From: a virus
DNA length: 64,000 nt
IMG/VR virus record: IMGVR_UViG_3300035183_000841
Location: 1-64,000 of that record
Reading direction: 5' to 3' (one strand)
Position 1 is the first letter of the stretch. Every line of letters starts with the position of its first letter. The notes below the pieces were generated by a model, which saw only the letters and a program-made list of their open reading frames with translations, did no database searches and was not told the DNA's origin. Made by a program: the position numbers and the translations under genes. Below, in pieces: positions 47,027 through 57,442 of this stretch.

Positions 47027-49756
47027 GTGATGCAATCGATAAGTGCAAACCTTACGAGCGCTCTCGGCGCTGGAGTTCTTTCTCCGAAAACCCGTATCGT
47101 TATGCATCTATCGAACAACCGCACAGGCTCCCCTACCGTCACCGCCGATACCGACAAGAACAAGGTAGCGATAGTTGACGGTTGGTACGTCCCTTCCATG
47201 AAGTTCGCGAGAACCGATTCGGAATACCTCACTGACGACTGGGCTAGGATATGGCCGATGGATGTCGGCACGAACACGAAGGTGCCATGGACCAGCTCAT
47301 CGAATCCACCCACCACCATAACCGTCGACTACGGTCAACCGGTGAACTGCAACAAGATACTCATCAGCACTGACCCATTCGTCGATCGGGCCACCCAGAT
47401 AACGGTGCAGATAGATAAAGGTTCCGGGTTCCAGACAATCGCCAACAACTATTCGCCTAGCGGGTACCTGACTGAACTATACCTGCAATCATCTGATGGG
47501 AACACCTGGAGCGATACAGTCAACAGGAACTATCTGACGCAGATCTATAAAGTCAGAGTAACCATCAATGCAACAGCATCTGGATACCCCGTCCAGGTCT
47601 ATGAGATTGATGCCATGATCGAGGCAGATATATCTGATGATGTACTATCCTGGACCATAAATAAAGACAGAGACATCTCTTCCCAAACAGCATCACCTAT
47701 CGGGATGAGCAATGCCAATTCTGCATCGATAACGCTCGACAACTCATCGAATAAGTACAACAACGAGTCATCTCAGAGCCCATACAAGGACATGCTATAC
47801 CCGAACGTCAGGTTCGATATATGGCTCGGTTTCAAACTCCCAGATTCCTCATACGAATATGTGAAACAGGGGGTTTTCTACGCAGACTCTTGGGATATGT
47901 CCAACGACACATCTCAGGTCAGCGTTTCATGTCGAGATGGCTCGAAATTCCTGCAAGATTACAAAGTAACTTCGATCCTGTATGAAAACTGGCAGATAAG
48001 TGACATCATGCGCGATATCACGGAACGAGCTGGCATAAAGGATAAAGCCATCGACACTTCCCTATCGCTAGATATCACGAGACCAGAAGGTGATCATGTA
48101 GATATCATCGATGTCGAGGACACCGTATGTATCCCGAAACGCCATACCGTTTGGACCGTGGATGACCAAACCTACTGGCAGTTCCTGCAAGAAATCGCAC
48201 TTGCAGATCTAGGGTCATTCTATTTCGATGAGACCGGCACTTTCGTGTTCCAAACCAAAGAGTGGATGAAGAAAACCACGGTGAACCTCACCTTAGATCA
48301 GGATGTACACATCATCTCCGCCAAGCACAGGAACGAGATCGTGAAGAACAGCTTCAGCATCGAGTACACGATACCGAAAGTGACAGATCACAGCGTCGGC
48401 CTTTGGGAGGCCGATGATCCCACCATCCTCGATGCAACGACCCTTGGAGGTTCCATCGCCGCGAGTAACACCGTTATCCCAGCCGGTGATATCAGCGACT
48501 GGCCAAAGAAGGGCTACATCAAGATAGACGACGAGATAATCCGTTACGATAACAGAACCGACAGTGCTTTCTACAACTGCGCTAGGGGAGAACTGCATAC
48601 CAATCCTGCTAGCCACTCTGGTGGTAAAACGATATATGAGATAAGGAAGTTCGAGGTCGAATTCTCACAAGCCCCGGCAACAGATGTCGCGATCCTTTTT
48701 ACGAATGAGGTGTACACAGACATCATCGCAACCAACTTCGGTCCGTTCAAGGGTGAGTTCTACCTCCTGAACAACAACAGTGGCCTTACCATCGTTGAAG
48801 GTGCGCACGTCGAAACCGCGCTAGATGGACTTCCAGAGTTCCTCATCATCTACGGCAGGGCGATAGACGACCAAGAACCGCAAACGATAAACGTTCGAGA
48901 CGATACATCGATACGCAGATGGGGAGAACAAGAGTTCGTGATATCGTTACCATGGGTGCAATCAGAGATACACGCTAAAACACTAGCCGATTTCATGGTT
49001 GACGTGTTCAAGAAGCCCGTAGTATTCATCGATGCCGAAGTGTTCGCCATACCGCACCTGCAGATCGGTGATATCGTCAAGATCAACTATCCACGACTCG
49101 GAGTTCAGTCCAAGGCTTTCCATGTGGTGGGGATCACCATATCCGGCGGAGTGCCAGCAATCTCGCAGAGCCTAAGACTGAGGTCGGTGACGGTACATGA
49201 CATGACGACGTATGACATTATCACGAAGCCGCACTCAGTCGATGCTCTCTTAAAGGCGAGGAAGACAAGATCGGCCGCTATCGATGCCTACATAAACAAG
49301 AGATCCGTAAAGGTATCTATAGATTCATCGATACTGTTACGCGCAAGGACATCACACTATATCGACGCATATGTGTCCAAACCTACTGTTTCCCACTCGA
49401 TAGATGCATTCATACCTTCATACAACAAGGTTATACATAACCTGATAACCCAGATCACAGCCGCAAATAAGATTACCTGCAATGTTTTCTCGAGCACCAA
49501 GAAGACGATCAATATCACCGGCGATGTTTCTTCTGCAATCCAAAAGACAAGCAAGATTAACCACTTAATGGACTCGAGCACCAAGAAGACGATCAACATT
49601 AACAACTCAACGAACTCGGACATCAAGAAGACGACCCAGACCAACCACTCAATGAACTCGGACATCAAGAAGACGATTAAGACCAACCACTCAATGAACT
49701 CGGGCATCAAGAAGACGACCCAGACCAACCACTCAATGGACTCCATGATATCATAA
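47027..49756 (+). CDS. Large tail tip/hub protein with C-terminal 14-aa repeats
   Basis: G.FY.D.W, YFDE.G.F.F, PHLQIGD.V.I. Confidence 0.75.
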   Translation: MMQSISANLTSALGAGVLSPKTRIVMHLSNNRTGSPTVTADTDKNKVAIVDGWYVPSMKFARTDSEYLTDDWARIWPMDVGTNTKVPWTSSSNPPTTITVDYGQPVNCNKILISTDPFVDRATQITVQIDKGSGFQTIANNYSPSGYLTELYLQSSDGNTWSDTVNRNYLTQIYKVRVTINATASGYPVQVYEIDAMIEADISDDVLSWTINKDRDISSQTASPIGMSNANSASITLDNSSNKYNNESSQSPYKDMLYPNVRFDIWLGFKLPDSSYEYVKQGVFYADSWDMSNDTSQVSVSCRDGSKFLQDYKVTSILYENWQISDIMRDITERAGIKDKAIDTSLSLDITRPEGDHVDIIDVEDTVCIPKRHTVWTVDDQTYWQFLQEIALADLGSFYFDETGTFVFQTKEWMKKTTVNLTLDQDVHIISAKHRNEIVKNSFSIEYTIPKVTDHSVGLWEADDPTILDATTLGGSIAASNTVIPAGDISDWPKKGYIKIDDEIIRYDNRTDSAFYNCARGELHTNPASHSGGKTIYEIRKFEVEFSQAPATDVAILFTNEVYTDIIATNFGPFKGEFYLLNNNSGLTIVEGAHVETALDGLPEFLIIYGRAIDDQEPQTINVRDDTSIRRWGEQEFVISLPWVQSEIHAKTLADFMVDVFKKPVVFIDAEVFAIPHLQIGDIVKINYPRLGVQSKAFHVVGITISGGVPAISQSLRLRSVTVHDMTTYDIITKPHSVDALLKARKTRSAAIDAYINKRSVKVSIDSSILLRARTSHYIDAYVSKPTVSHSIDAFIPSYNKVIHNLITQITAANKITCNVFSSTKKTINITGDVSSAIQKTSKINHLMDSSTKKTININNSTNSDIKKTTQTNHSMNSDIKKTIKTNHSMNSGIKKTTQTNHSMDSMIS
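49490..49745 (+). repeat. 42-bp coding tandem repeat (KKTTQTNHSMNSDI-like)
   Basis: AAGAAGACGA..CAGACCAACCACTCAATGAACTCGGACATC units, degenerating leftward. Confidence 0.85.
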
Positions 49757-49760
49757 AGAC

Positions 49761-50066
49761 ATGACTAGGAGGAAGTCGGACAAACAGAGGTCGGACGAGA
49801 TAACTGAGCGACTACACAGCATACTTCGCCCTAAAGTCCAACTGATAGAAGATGCTGCATGCGAAGACGGCCAGACATCCATACCTCCTCAAGAAGAAGA
49901 TGACGAGGGGTCTGGTATAGACTATGATCTTGTGCCCCCAACGCTCACCGTTGTTTCAGAGACTATGAAGTGCAAACATAAGAAAGACTGGGTAAACATC
50001 ACTGTCAGCTATGACGCGGTAGATGATTTTGAATATGAATTCGAAATAATCGAGGCTGATCTCTGA
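49761..50066 (+). CDS. Minor tail-region protein
   Basis: Operon context. Confidence 0.55.
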   Translation: MTRRKSDKQRSDEITERLHSILRPKVQLIEDAACEDGQTSIPPQEEDDEGSGIDYDLVPPTLTVVSETMKCKHKKDWVNITVSYDAVDDFEYEFEIIEADL

Positions 50067-51262
50067 TGTCTATAGAGTACAAGACGTTCAAGAGACTCGA
50101 TTTCGATACCAGGTATTTCATCAGGGCTCGAGTGAAGTATAAAGGCAAGGTCAGTCCATGGCTCGAACCACCCCTCGATTACACGACTATGAAGAGGACA
50201 GATGTCCCCGCCCCGACCGGGGTCTCCCTCTCTTTTGACCGCAAGGAGAAGAACAGGCATAACCCTATCCGCTGCATCGTGACATGCGACGAGGTTAAAA
50301 ACCACTGCGGTGATGATGTCGATTACTACGTATTCCAACTGTGGAGATGGGATCCCGTAAATTGGTCTCTACTCGACACTGAGCCTGTGCAAAAGGCGAA
50401 GGTCGAGGCAAAAGATGAGGATGCCAACACGACCGTGAAGGCGATATTCACCAATGTCAGACAGAAAGGTTGGTACGTAGCCAGGGTTAGGGCCATCTCT
50501 GATCGACACAGGAGTAAATGGTCTGCCTTCTCTTCTCCAGGAAGCGCATCCGACTCAGTGGCACCCCCTACACCGTTGAACGTCACTATCCATGACAAGG
50601 CGACGAACAGGATTGTCATCGACTGGGACGCGCCATCAGACGATAACGATAGCGAACAGATACACCCGGATATAGCTTATTTCCAGATACAGCTATCTAC
50701 TTCAAGTGGATTTTCCAGTATCTATAAATTCGATAGATACCATATCGGGACATCTAGGTCATGGAAGATCAGAGAGTCCGATCTAGGCGAGACTTTCTAC
50801 GCAAGAGTTAGATCGGTAGATGGTTCAGGGAACAAATCGAGCTGGGTTCCGGCTACCATTATCGGAAACAGCTCACCAAGCGCAACACCAGATGGTGCCA
50901 CCGTCGGGACCGGCAAGACCATCCTCACCTTCACGATAGCAGGAGATGCCCAGGTCAAGGTCTACAAGCCACGAACCCGGGCGGAGGAGGACATGACTAT
51001 CAAGAGGGTCACCGGCGACTTCGATGATGTGCCGACGGGGGCGGATCTCATCATCGACATCCTGGTCGGAGGTGTGTCTATCTTCAGTTCGCAAGCGAAC
51101 ATGTTGCACATCCAGGATGGCGGTGACGGTAAAGGAACGACTACCGCGATAGCCAACCCGAATATCTCCGAAGGTCAGTCGATAAAGGTCTCGGTTGTTC
51201 AGGTGGGCACGAACCAGCCTGGCGGAAACGGTACAGTGCGGCTCGTGTGTACTACGAGGTGA
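50066..51262 (+). CDS. Minor tail protein with FN3-like domains
   Basis: P.P..V, W.AP, Y.IQ, YARVRSVD.SGN.S.W. Confidence 0.75.
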   Translation: MSIEYKTFKRLDFDTRYFIRARVKYKGKVSPWLEPPLDYTTMKRTDVPAPTGVSLSFDRKEKNRHNPIRCIVTCDEVKNHCGDDVDYYVFQLWRWDPVNWSLLDTEPVQKAKVEAKDEDANTTVKAIFTNVRQKGWYVARVRAISDRHRSKWSAFSSPGSASDSVAPPTPLNVTIHDKATNRIVIDWDAPSDDNDSEQIHPDIAYFQIQLSTSSGFSSIYKFDRYHIGTSRSWKIRESDLGETFYARVRSVDGSGNKSSWVPATIIGNSSPSATPDGATVGTGKTILTFTIAGDAQVKVYKPRTRAEEDMTIKRVTGDFDDVPTGADLIIDILVGGVSIFSSQANMLHIQDGGDGKGTTTAIANPNISEGQSIKVSVVQVGTNQPGGNGTVRLVCTTR

Positions 51263-51265
51263 TGG

Positions 51266-51592
51266 ATGGTGAGGACGAAGTATTGCCTCCGGGCCCAGTC
51301 TGCGAGTTTCGGACCGTGGCCCCTCACGTTGGGCTTGAGCGAAAGCAATACGACGGTGAACTCGTTCCTGCGGGTATCCCTGTACGTTCTCACGGCGCAG
51401 GACGCCATCCGTGGCTTCATCTACGACGGCAGCAAGTCCTGTCACGTCATGACCCCCAGCGACACCCGGACTTATTTCGGCCACGACCAGGCATACAACT
51501 ACACACTACGCTTGATCACATGGTGGTCGGCCGAGTCATTCAGCGGGATTAGCGGCGGGGAGCTACAGGTCGTCCAGGAGAGGGTGGGATGA
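51266..51592 (+). CDS. Hypothetical tail-region protein
   Basis: SD GAGGTG; GC-rich cassette. Confidence 0.55.
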   Translation: MVRTKYCLRAQSASFGPWPLTLGLSESNTTVNSFLRVSLYVLTAQDAIRGFIYDGSKSCHVMTPSDTRTYFGHDQAYNYTLRLITWWSAESFSGISGGELQVVQERVG

Positions 51593-52527
51593 CGACCTAC
51601 AGCTGGCAGATACTCCCGTCCCTAGGCTCCTACACCGACTACTCCGATGCCTACGCGATTAACGACTCCGGTAGGATCGTGGGGATTTCGTACCTGGGGA
51701 ACACAGCGAATGCGGTCGCGTGGGATCCAATCTCCGTCGTGAACGCGCTCACATCGGGGCAGAATAGCGCCGCGACGGACGTAAGCTCTAACGGGCACAT
51801 CTGCGGTCAGGACAACTTCGGCCACCCCTGCGTGTGGACCTCCCTGGCGGCCAGCCCCATAATCCTCGATGACGGCGGGTATGGGAGCTGGGTCAACCCT
51901 CTCGGGATTAACGGGAGCGGGCAGGTGGTGGCCTTTAACACGCTCTCCAGCTCGCAGTACGGCTGGCTCTGGCCCACCTACGGGTCCACCCATCAGCTCT
52001 TGAGCCCTTTGCCTGGGACGACGAGCTCCGCCGCCTACGCGATTAACGACTCCGGCAGGATCGTGGGGATTTCGTTCCCGAACAATACGCCCACGTACTG
52101 GGAAGCCTCCGATCCCGCCACTCCCTACGCCCTGCCAATCGGGTCGGCGGATGTCGGCAACGCCAATAACATCTCGCCGAGCGGGATCATCTGCGGGAGC
52201 GTGCGGATCGGAGGTGTGTTCTACGGAGCGCTGTGGACGCCCCCCGGATACGCGCTCACCGTCCTTCCGGGATACAACAGCATCTGCTACGGCGTGAACG
52301 ACGCCGGCGTGGCCGTCGGGGAGAGCGGTGGGCACGCCTGCGTCTGGGAAGGGGGACTGCTCACCTTCCTGCCCGAGCCTGTCGACGCACCGAACTCCTA
52401 CGCCGGCGAGATCAACGCTGACGGCTGGATCGTCGGCCAGGTGGCGGATGCCAACTACAACTACCACGCGACCCTTTGGAGGCCGCAGACTTCCGATCTC
52501 TCCGGCTGGGGCATCATCCTGGTCTGA
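51589..52527 (+). CDS. HAF-repeat-like beta-propeller, putative receptor-binding protein
   Basis: About 7 repeats of A.AINDSG.IVG...A..W. Confidence 0.75.
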   Translation: MTTYSWQILPSLGSYTDYSDAYAINDSGRIVGISYLGNTANAVAWDPISVVNALTSGQNSAATDVSSNGHICGQDNFGHPCVWTSLAASPIILDDGGYGSWVNPLGINGSGQVVAFNTLSSSQYGWLWPTYGSTHQLLSPLPGTTSSAAYAINDSGRIVGISFPNNTPTYWEASDPATPYALPIGSADVGNANNISPSGIICGSVRIGGVFYGALWTPPGYALTVLPGYNSICYGVNDAGVAVGESGGHACVWEGGLLTFLPEPVDAPNSYAGEINADGWIVGQVADANYNYHATLWRPQTSDLSGWGIILV

Positions 52528-52604
52528 ACTTGGTTCTGAGTTCACCCTCGACAAGAACCATGTGCCCCTAGATTGTCATAATGACTGTGAGGTAATATAT
52601 AGAT

Positions 52605-53099
52605 ATGCCTTTCAAACCAGTGCAGTGGCAGGAACTAGAAGTAATCAAAAGTTCCAAACTTAACGACATGGTGAACAACGACGAGTTCCTGTGGCGTCGT
52701 AAGGTATCCGGTTCCGTCCGGAATATAGATCGCGATGGGAACCCTAGGGCCGTTCCTCGATACCTGAATGAGGGGCTCGTGATGTGCGCCGGGTACAACG
52801 AGTTCACTCCAGGAGCCTCATTCCCAGAAGATTCCAAGGATGGTAAGAGGAAGGTTACACCTGTCTTCGAACGGGAGTTCAAGTTCCCGAAAGATACCTT
52901 CGACCCAGAGTTCAAACCCATAGTGATATGCACGGTCGGCACCAAAAACGGCATAAGGAAGATAACCTGGACCATCAAAACAGTATCTTCTTCTAGATTC
53001 GTGATAACTATACGTGAACTAGCAGCTTCAGCCAGCTTCGAAAGAGACATGGAGTACTTCGTCAATTGGATTGCCATGGGGGTAGGTCTGCTGCCATGA
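52605..53099 (+). CDS. Minor tail protein
   Basis: V.W..E.I.S.KLN.M..N; F...P.V; VNWIAMG. Confidence 0.65.
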   Translation: MPFKPVQWQELEVIKSSKLNDMVNNDEFLWRRKVSGSVRNIDRDGNPRAVPRYLNEGLVMCAGYNEFTPGASFPEDSKDGKRKVTPVFEREFKFPKDTFDPEFKPIVICTVGTKNGIRKITWTIKTVSSSRFVITIRELAASASFERDMEYFVNWIAMGVGLLP

Positions 53100-54286
53100 G
53101 ATTCAAGGAAGATGTGACTTGGTACCCTGGCAAACCCGTAACGCTCGAGAGCCTCACCGATATGTACTTCAATGATCTTGCCTTGATGTACGGTAAGCTT
53201 GAGTGCAAACTCAGCAATATCGACCCTTCAAACTACGAGCGCAGATCTAACAAATGGATCATCAATAAGATCGCCACCTATTCCAATCAATTATCGATAA
53301 CACCAGGTGCCGATCTTGGATACGACTCAGATGAACACGCATATTTCACGAAAGAGCACGAGTTCCCGCCAGAGTACTGGCACAAACGATACTTGCCTGT
53401 AGTCACCATAACCCCAGTAGGGAACCCGACGATTCCGCAAACGGTAACCATCAATAACGTGACACCAAGCAGGATCACCTATACTGTGTTCGTACCAGAG
53501 AAGAGGACGATAGAGCGAGACAGGGAGTTCAATCTGTCTATCTTCGCCGTAGGTGTCAGGGGAGAAGATTCGATAATCCTCGATTCTGATATCAATCATA
53601 CCCCTGGGCCGCCAGATACCGGACTGCAGGTTTGGTACGACGCCCAGTCACTTTCCGGATACTCGAACGGACAATCGGTGCCGTCTTGGCCAGATCTTTC
53701 TGGGCATAGCGGAGCGGCTACGCAACCGACAACAACGGCTCAACCCACCTACCTCTCGTCTGGCATCAACGGTCGTCCGGCCCTGAAGTTCGATGCGAAC
53801 CAATATTTCAACATGCCATCCGTTGATTCGGTCAAGGTCCTGGAAGAGTGCACGATTGCAGCCGTAGTACTAGACAGGATGGATGTCGCGGATAGCACCC
53901 GTACTTTCATAGAAAGGACCCAATCGATACGGGCTATACATGCTACATCTCCACTACGCTGGAAATACGAGGTGGCGAAATCGTCATCCCTATTTGTATC
54001 GGTAATCGGCCCAAATGTGCAAGCCAACACCCCTATCCTGTATATCGGCAATCACTCTGTCAATGACGGTGAAATCAATCTAAGGATAAATGGGATAGAC
54101 CAAGGGACGAAAACCGGCTTGACAGAAATAAATTCAGGGACATCTTGGCAAATTGCTCGGCGTGACTCAACTGCCTTCGGCGCGTTCACGATAGGAGAAA
54201 TACTGGTCTACAAGCGCAGACTTACTAAGAACGAGATAGAAGACCTAGAGTATCATCTGGCCAATAAGTGGGGGTTGTCGATATAA
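53096..54286 (+). CDS. Minor tail/fibre protein with C-terminal LamG/ConA-like domain
   Basis: N-terminus paralogous to 52605; WYDA, W.DLSG, INGRPALKFD, EILVY.R.L, YHLANKWG. Confidence 0.75.
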   Translation: MRFKEDVTWYPGKPVTLESLTDMYFNDLALMYGKLECKLSNIDPSNYERRSNKWIINKIATYSNQLSITPGADLGYDSDEHAYFTKEHEFPPEYWHKRYLPVVTITPVGNPTIPQTVTINNVTPSRITYTVFVPEKRTIERDREFNLSIFAVGVRGEDSIILDSDINHTPGPPDTGLQVWYDAQSLSGYSNGQSVPSWPDLSGHSGAATQPTTTAQPTYLSSGINGRPALKFDANQYFNMPSVDSVKVLEECTIAAVVLDRMDVADSTRTFIERTQSIRAIHATSPLRWKYEVAKSSSLFVSVIGPNVQANTPILYIGNHSVNDGEINLRINGIDQGTKTGLTEINSGTSWQIARRDSTAFGAFTIGEILVYKRRLTKNEIEDLEYHLANKWGLSI

Positions 54287-54586
54287 CTAGTCGTCTTCTG
54301 TCTCTAACCCAGACAGGATCTCTATACATAAATCGCACGTTATCTGACTTTCCTGATCAAGTGGATGTAGAATTGCGGGGTCAATATCTCTACCCCACAT
54401 ATAGGTCAACGTAAACCCACATAAAGTTTGCGGGACAGACACCATCCAGGTTGTGCTATCGATATTCTGTGTTCCAAAACACAGATGGGAAAATCCGTCC
54501 ACGACATTGAAAACCCACATAAACCCCTTCAAAGTTAAGTAGTTAATCTCATGCTCTTTCAACGTGATGCCATTCTTAATGGCCAT
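54287..54586 (-). CDS. H..T.CG...CD.C Zn-finger family, copy 1
   Basis: SHL...TLCG...ITCDLC. Confidence 0.6.
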   Translation of the reverse strand: MAIKNGITLKEHEINYLTLKGFMWVFNVVDGFSHLCFGTQNIDSTTWMVSVPQTLCGFTLTYMWGRDIDPAILHPLDQESQITCDLCIEILSGLETEDD

Positions 54587-54595
54587 CCCAGACCC

Positions 54596-54835
54596 TCAAG
54601 GGATGATAAGGGTTTCTTTGCCGCAATATCTGCAACGCACCTCGAAACGTCCAACGGTTTCCCACAGATGCCCCCAAGGCCATGACCAGAAACAGGCCCG
54701 TGAAGCTAATCGCTGTTCCCTCATGTATCGGCGCTCCATCCTACGACACTCACGTATCTCATCAACCATCTGTCGCTTCGTACGCTCTACCATCACATAC
54801 TCCCTACTGCTTCCTCTTAGCCCGAAGCGCGGCAT
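54596..54835 (-). CDS. Small Zn-ribbon protein (C...WGH.W...CRYCG), start uncertain
   Basis: Motif. Confidence 0.55.
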   Translation of the reverse strand: MPRFGLRGSSREYVMVERTKRQMVDEIRECRRMERRYMREQRLASRACFWSWPWGHLWETVGRFEVRCRYCGKETLIIP

Positions 54836-54986
54836 CGATCAGGTATTTGTTATAAGACTTCTCCTTGCTTCCACTCTCCAAGATCTTCAATTCACGGATG
54901 CGCTTCGCACACAGACGGCAGGTACTGAACTTGTCCATGCCGTGCTCGATAAGCCTATCGCCGACGAGATGCGTGATGGTACCCAT
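54804..54986 (-). CDS. Small hypothetical protein
   Basis: SD GGAGGTG; H...CRLC. Confidence 0.55.
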   Translation of the reverse strand: MGTITHLVGDRLIEHGMDKFSTCRLCAKRIRELKILESGSKEKSYNKYLIDAALRAKRKQ

Positions 54987-55011
54987 CGCTACTCACCTCC
55001 CAACTTATCGC

Positions 55012-55233
55012 TCACTTCGGCCAACACCTCCCCTTGTGACAACGCTCGTGCGCGTGCCTCCGGTATTCCGCGTGACACAGCCTTATGCATTCCGACGAGC
55101 GGTGACACAACTCGAAGGCGGGACCCCCGTAGTTGTCGAACAGAACCCACAGGGACATACCGCCCATGAAGAGCAGCAGGGGGACACCCATCACCAACAA
55201 AATCCCGATGGCTTCATCATCCACTAATCTCAC
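55012..55233 (-). CDS. Small membrane protein with Cys-rich tail
   Basis: One TM segment. Confidence 0.55.
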   Translation of the reverse strand: MRLVDDEAIGILLVMGVPLLLFMGGMSLWVLFDNYGGPAFELCHRSSECIRLCHAEYRRHAHERCHKGRCWPK

Positions 55234-55490
55234 TCCCTAGCTATTTCGTTTTTCTTAAGCACGAAGTCCACACAAATATCACATGTTATCGGCATATCGG
55301 TCCTTAACGGGTTATTGAATAATTGTGACATATCAAGCAGTGCCGTAAATATCGACAGCACCTTTACCCCGCATACCGTTGCTCTACAATCCTTATTAAA
55401 GAGGTGGATATTGTCTAGACTAGACACGTAGTAGATATATCCAGCTAAAGTATAGAATACGACTTCTTCCTCTGTCAGATAGATACGCGG
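55230..55490 (-). CDS. H..T.CG...CD.C Zn-finger family, copy 2 (start unclear)
   Basis: IHL...TVCG...ITCDIC. Confidence 0.5.
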   Translation of the reverse strand, partial: PRIYLTEEEVVFYTLAGYIYYVSSLDNIHLFNKDCRATVCGVKVLSIFTALLDMSQLFNNPLRTDMPITCDICVDFVLKKNEIARE

Positions 55491-55494
55491 TCTA

Positions 55495-55932
55495 TCATTC
55501 CCGAACTTCGTCTGTGTCGACGACAACCTCTTGCTCCTCGAACGGAAGCAGCTCCACTCCATATAGGACAGGATGGTTCTCCCTAAACCTCCCGGTATTT
55601 ATGATACTACCGTCAGGGAATACCCACGATATACACTGCACGTTCTTCCCGTTCACCGTCTGTTGCCAGCCCACCATATGGATCGTCCAGTTCTTCTCCC
55701 CGGTGATGCCGGACATCGAATGCCGCTTACGGTAAATCAGGCGCTGCCCCGGATCGAGGGCATATGCGATAACGGTGAAGTCTTTCCCCTTCAGGCGAAG
55801 GTGGAACTCCGACACTCTCTTCCTGTCAATATCCTCGTAGCGGTTCTCCGTACCGTCTGGCTCGTGCTGGCGCAAGATGGACCCGTCAGCATAAACCGCA
55901 ATCCACTCCAGATTGTCCATTTCATTACTCAT
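55495..55932 (-). CDS. Conserved hypothetical protein
   Basis: W.A.Y.DG..L.Q, RLIYR.R, VGWQ, FPDG. Confidence 0.7.
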   Translation of the reverse strand: MSNEMDNLEWIAVYADGSILRQHEPDGTENRYEDIDRKRVSEFHLRLKGKDFTVIAYALDPGQRLIYRKRHSMSGITGEKNWTIHMVGWQQTVNGKNVQCISWVFPDGSIINTGRFRENHPVLYGVELLPFEEQEVVVDTDEVRE

Positions 55933-55958
55933 ATATTCATGATACCAGATTCCCCAGA

Positions 55959-56333
55959 CTACTTGGGTATCTCATCGTATGTTACATCGAAATGTGAGAT
56001 AGCCCATGCGAAAAGCGCTAGAAGACAGCCCAATGAAAATGGCCTATGGAATCCTAGCCATGTCGCTCCTATGGAACCCGTGAAGAAACCTATCAGCGTT
56101 ACTATAAGCCATCTTGGCAGGAAGAACGCGGAAACATAGGTAAGCGGGGGCAATCTGTCCCCCTTATGGAGGAGCGCCACCCCTTCTGGTATGCCGAACC
56201 CGATTGCGGCTGCTACCGCCCATGCCCGGAATGGAACGAAGAACGCTGAGACTAGAAGGGATGCAGCGATAATCCCCCACATGAATATCCACCATCTCGC
56301 CCACTGTGAGGGGCGTTCACTCCACCTCTTCAT
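55959..56333 (-). CDS. Multi-pass membrane protein (holin candidate)
   Basis: About 4 hydrophobic segments downstream of endolysin candidate. Confidence 0.6.
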   Translation of the reverse strand: MKRWSERPSQWARWWIFMWGIIAASLLVSAFFVPFRAWAVAAAIGFGIPEGVALLHKGDRLPPLTYVSAFFLPRWLIVTLIGFFTGSIGATWLGFHRPFSLGCLLALFAWAISHFDVTYDEIPK

Positions 56334-56533
56334 TCTGAGAACCCGTTCACCCCACGGACCTTACGCAGCCAAGCCCGCATCTTCCGGGCTTCCCACCAGA
56401 TTCGCAACCTCGATGGCTTCTGCTGTTTCTGCCGTTCACAACGGCAGAACTCTGGGGGCACAACTAGACCGTCATTGATCTCTGCCAATGACCAGTGACC
56501 ACATTCTCCCCGTACCGAAACTACCCAATTCAT
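56330..56533 (-). CDS. Small Cys-containing protein
   Basis: ATGA overlaps. Confidence 0.5.
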   Translation of the reverse strand: MNWVVSVRGECGHWSLAEINDGLVVPPEFCRCERQKQQKPSRLRIWWEARKMRAWLRKVRGVNGFSE

Positions 56534-56775
56534 GGCACAGCAGTTCTACTTTTCTTGTTTGGATGTTGCCTAACAGTATTCTCTACCCGCTCCAGACGGT
56601 CAACGACCTTCTCTAGTGCAACCCTGACCTCTGTCAGGGCTTCGGTATGGGCGCTCATATGATTCCCTAGGAATCCTAGTGTGTCATTCATCGTCCTGCG
56701 CAGAGTTCTCGCGACGTGTATAAGTCCGATGATGGCAGCGACACCTACCGTGATATCACCCCACTGTATCACCAC
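56530..56775 (-). CDS. TM + coiled-coil protein (holin/lysis accessory candidate)
   Basis: Start re-called at GTG right after endolysin stop. Confidence 0.55.
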   Translation of the reverse strand: MVIQWGDITVGVAAIIGLIHVARTLRRTMNDTLGFLGNHMSAHTEALTEVRVALEKVVDRLERVENTVRQHPNKKSRTAVP

Positions 56776-56776
56776 A

Positions 56777-57442
56777 TCACCTCGCACATGGTGGAACCCC
56801 CGTGGCAAGTGGGAATCCAGAAACATGGATATGGTCGGTATGCGGGTCGATGCCGCCGTAAGCGTGCCACCCTTCGCTCCTTGTCCATATCCTCCTGTTG
56901 TAGATGACCTCTGCGACATCGAGGACATCGTAGTTCTTAACCAAGAAGTCAGCAATATCCCCCATCAGTGTGTCATGATGGATATCCCAAGCATTCTTGA
57001 ATGCGTGCTGGCTCCAATTCGATGAGCCGGCTATATGGCGGCAGTTGTAGATGCCCCAGCTCTCTACGCCATGGAACTGATTAACGACCGTCCCGTAAAT
57101 CTTATCTATCGCCGGGGTTCCTATCGTGTCAGCAACGACGACGAGGTTTATCTCGACTTTCCTAATCTCCCAGACCGCACCGTCAGAAGACTTGATGCGA
57201 TACATAGTCCCAACATCGACCTTGGGGAGAACTTCTCTTAACCTCCCAATGATATCGCTGAGCGGTTTCGGAGTACTCCACCTACCTTCGCCTCGCTTCA
57301 GTCGGAATTCTGGTTCATGCTTCGAGGCTCTATTCTGGAGGATGTCGAGGACCCGCTCCTTCTTGGCGGGTTTCGTCCACTTCCCGTCCGGCACATTCCG
57401 TAGGCGGTAACGGGTCTGGATAAGAGAGTCACTCATATTCAC
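56777..57442 (-). CDS. Putative endolysin, M15-like (LAS) Zn peptidase
   Basis: YNCR...SQHA...A.DI...H.DHIHVS. Confidence 0.7.
   Translation of the reverse strand: MNMSDSLIQTRYRLRNVPDGKWTKPAKKERVLDILQNRASKHEPEFRLKRGEGRWSTPKPLSDIIGRLREVLPKVDVGTMYRIKSSDGAVWEIRKVEINLVVVADTIGTPAIDKIYGTVVNQFHGVESWGIYNCRHIAGSSNWSQHAFKNAWDIHHDTLMGDIADFLVKNYDVLDVAEVIYNRRIWTRSEGWHAYGGIDPHTDHIHVSGFPLATGVPPCAR

Noticed and set aside
49490-49745. Possible CRISPR array or DGR repeat pair
   Set aside because: In-frame coding tandem repeat with no unique spacers; no reverse transcriptase or adenine-specific variation seen
51622-52554. 310-aa minus-strand ORF
   Set aside because: Antisense shadow of the propeller gene
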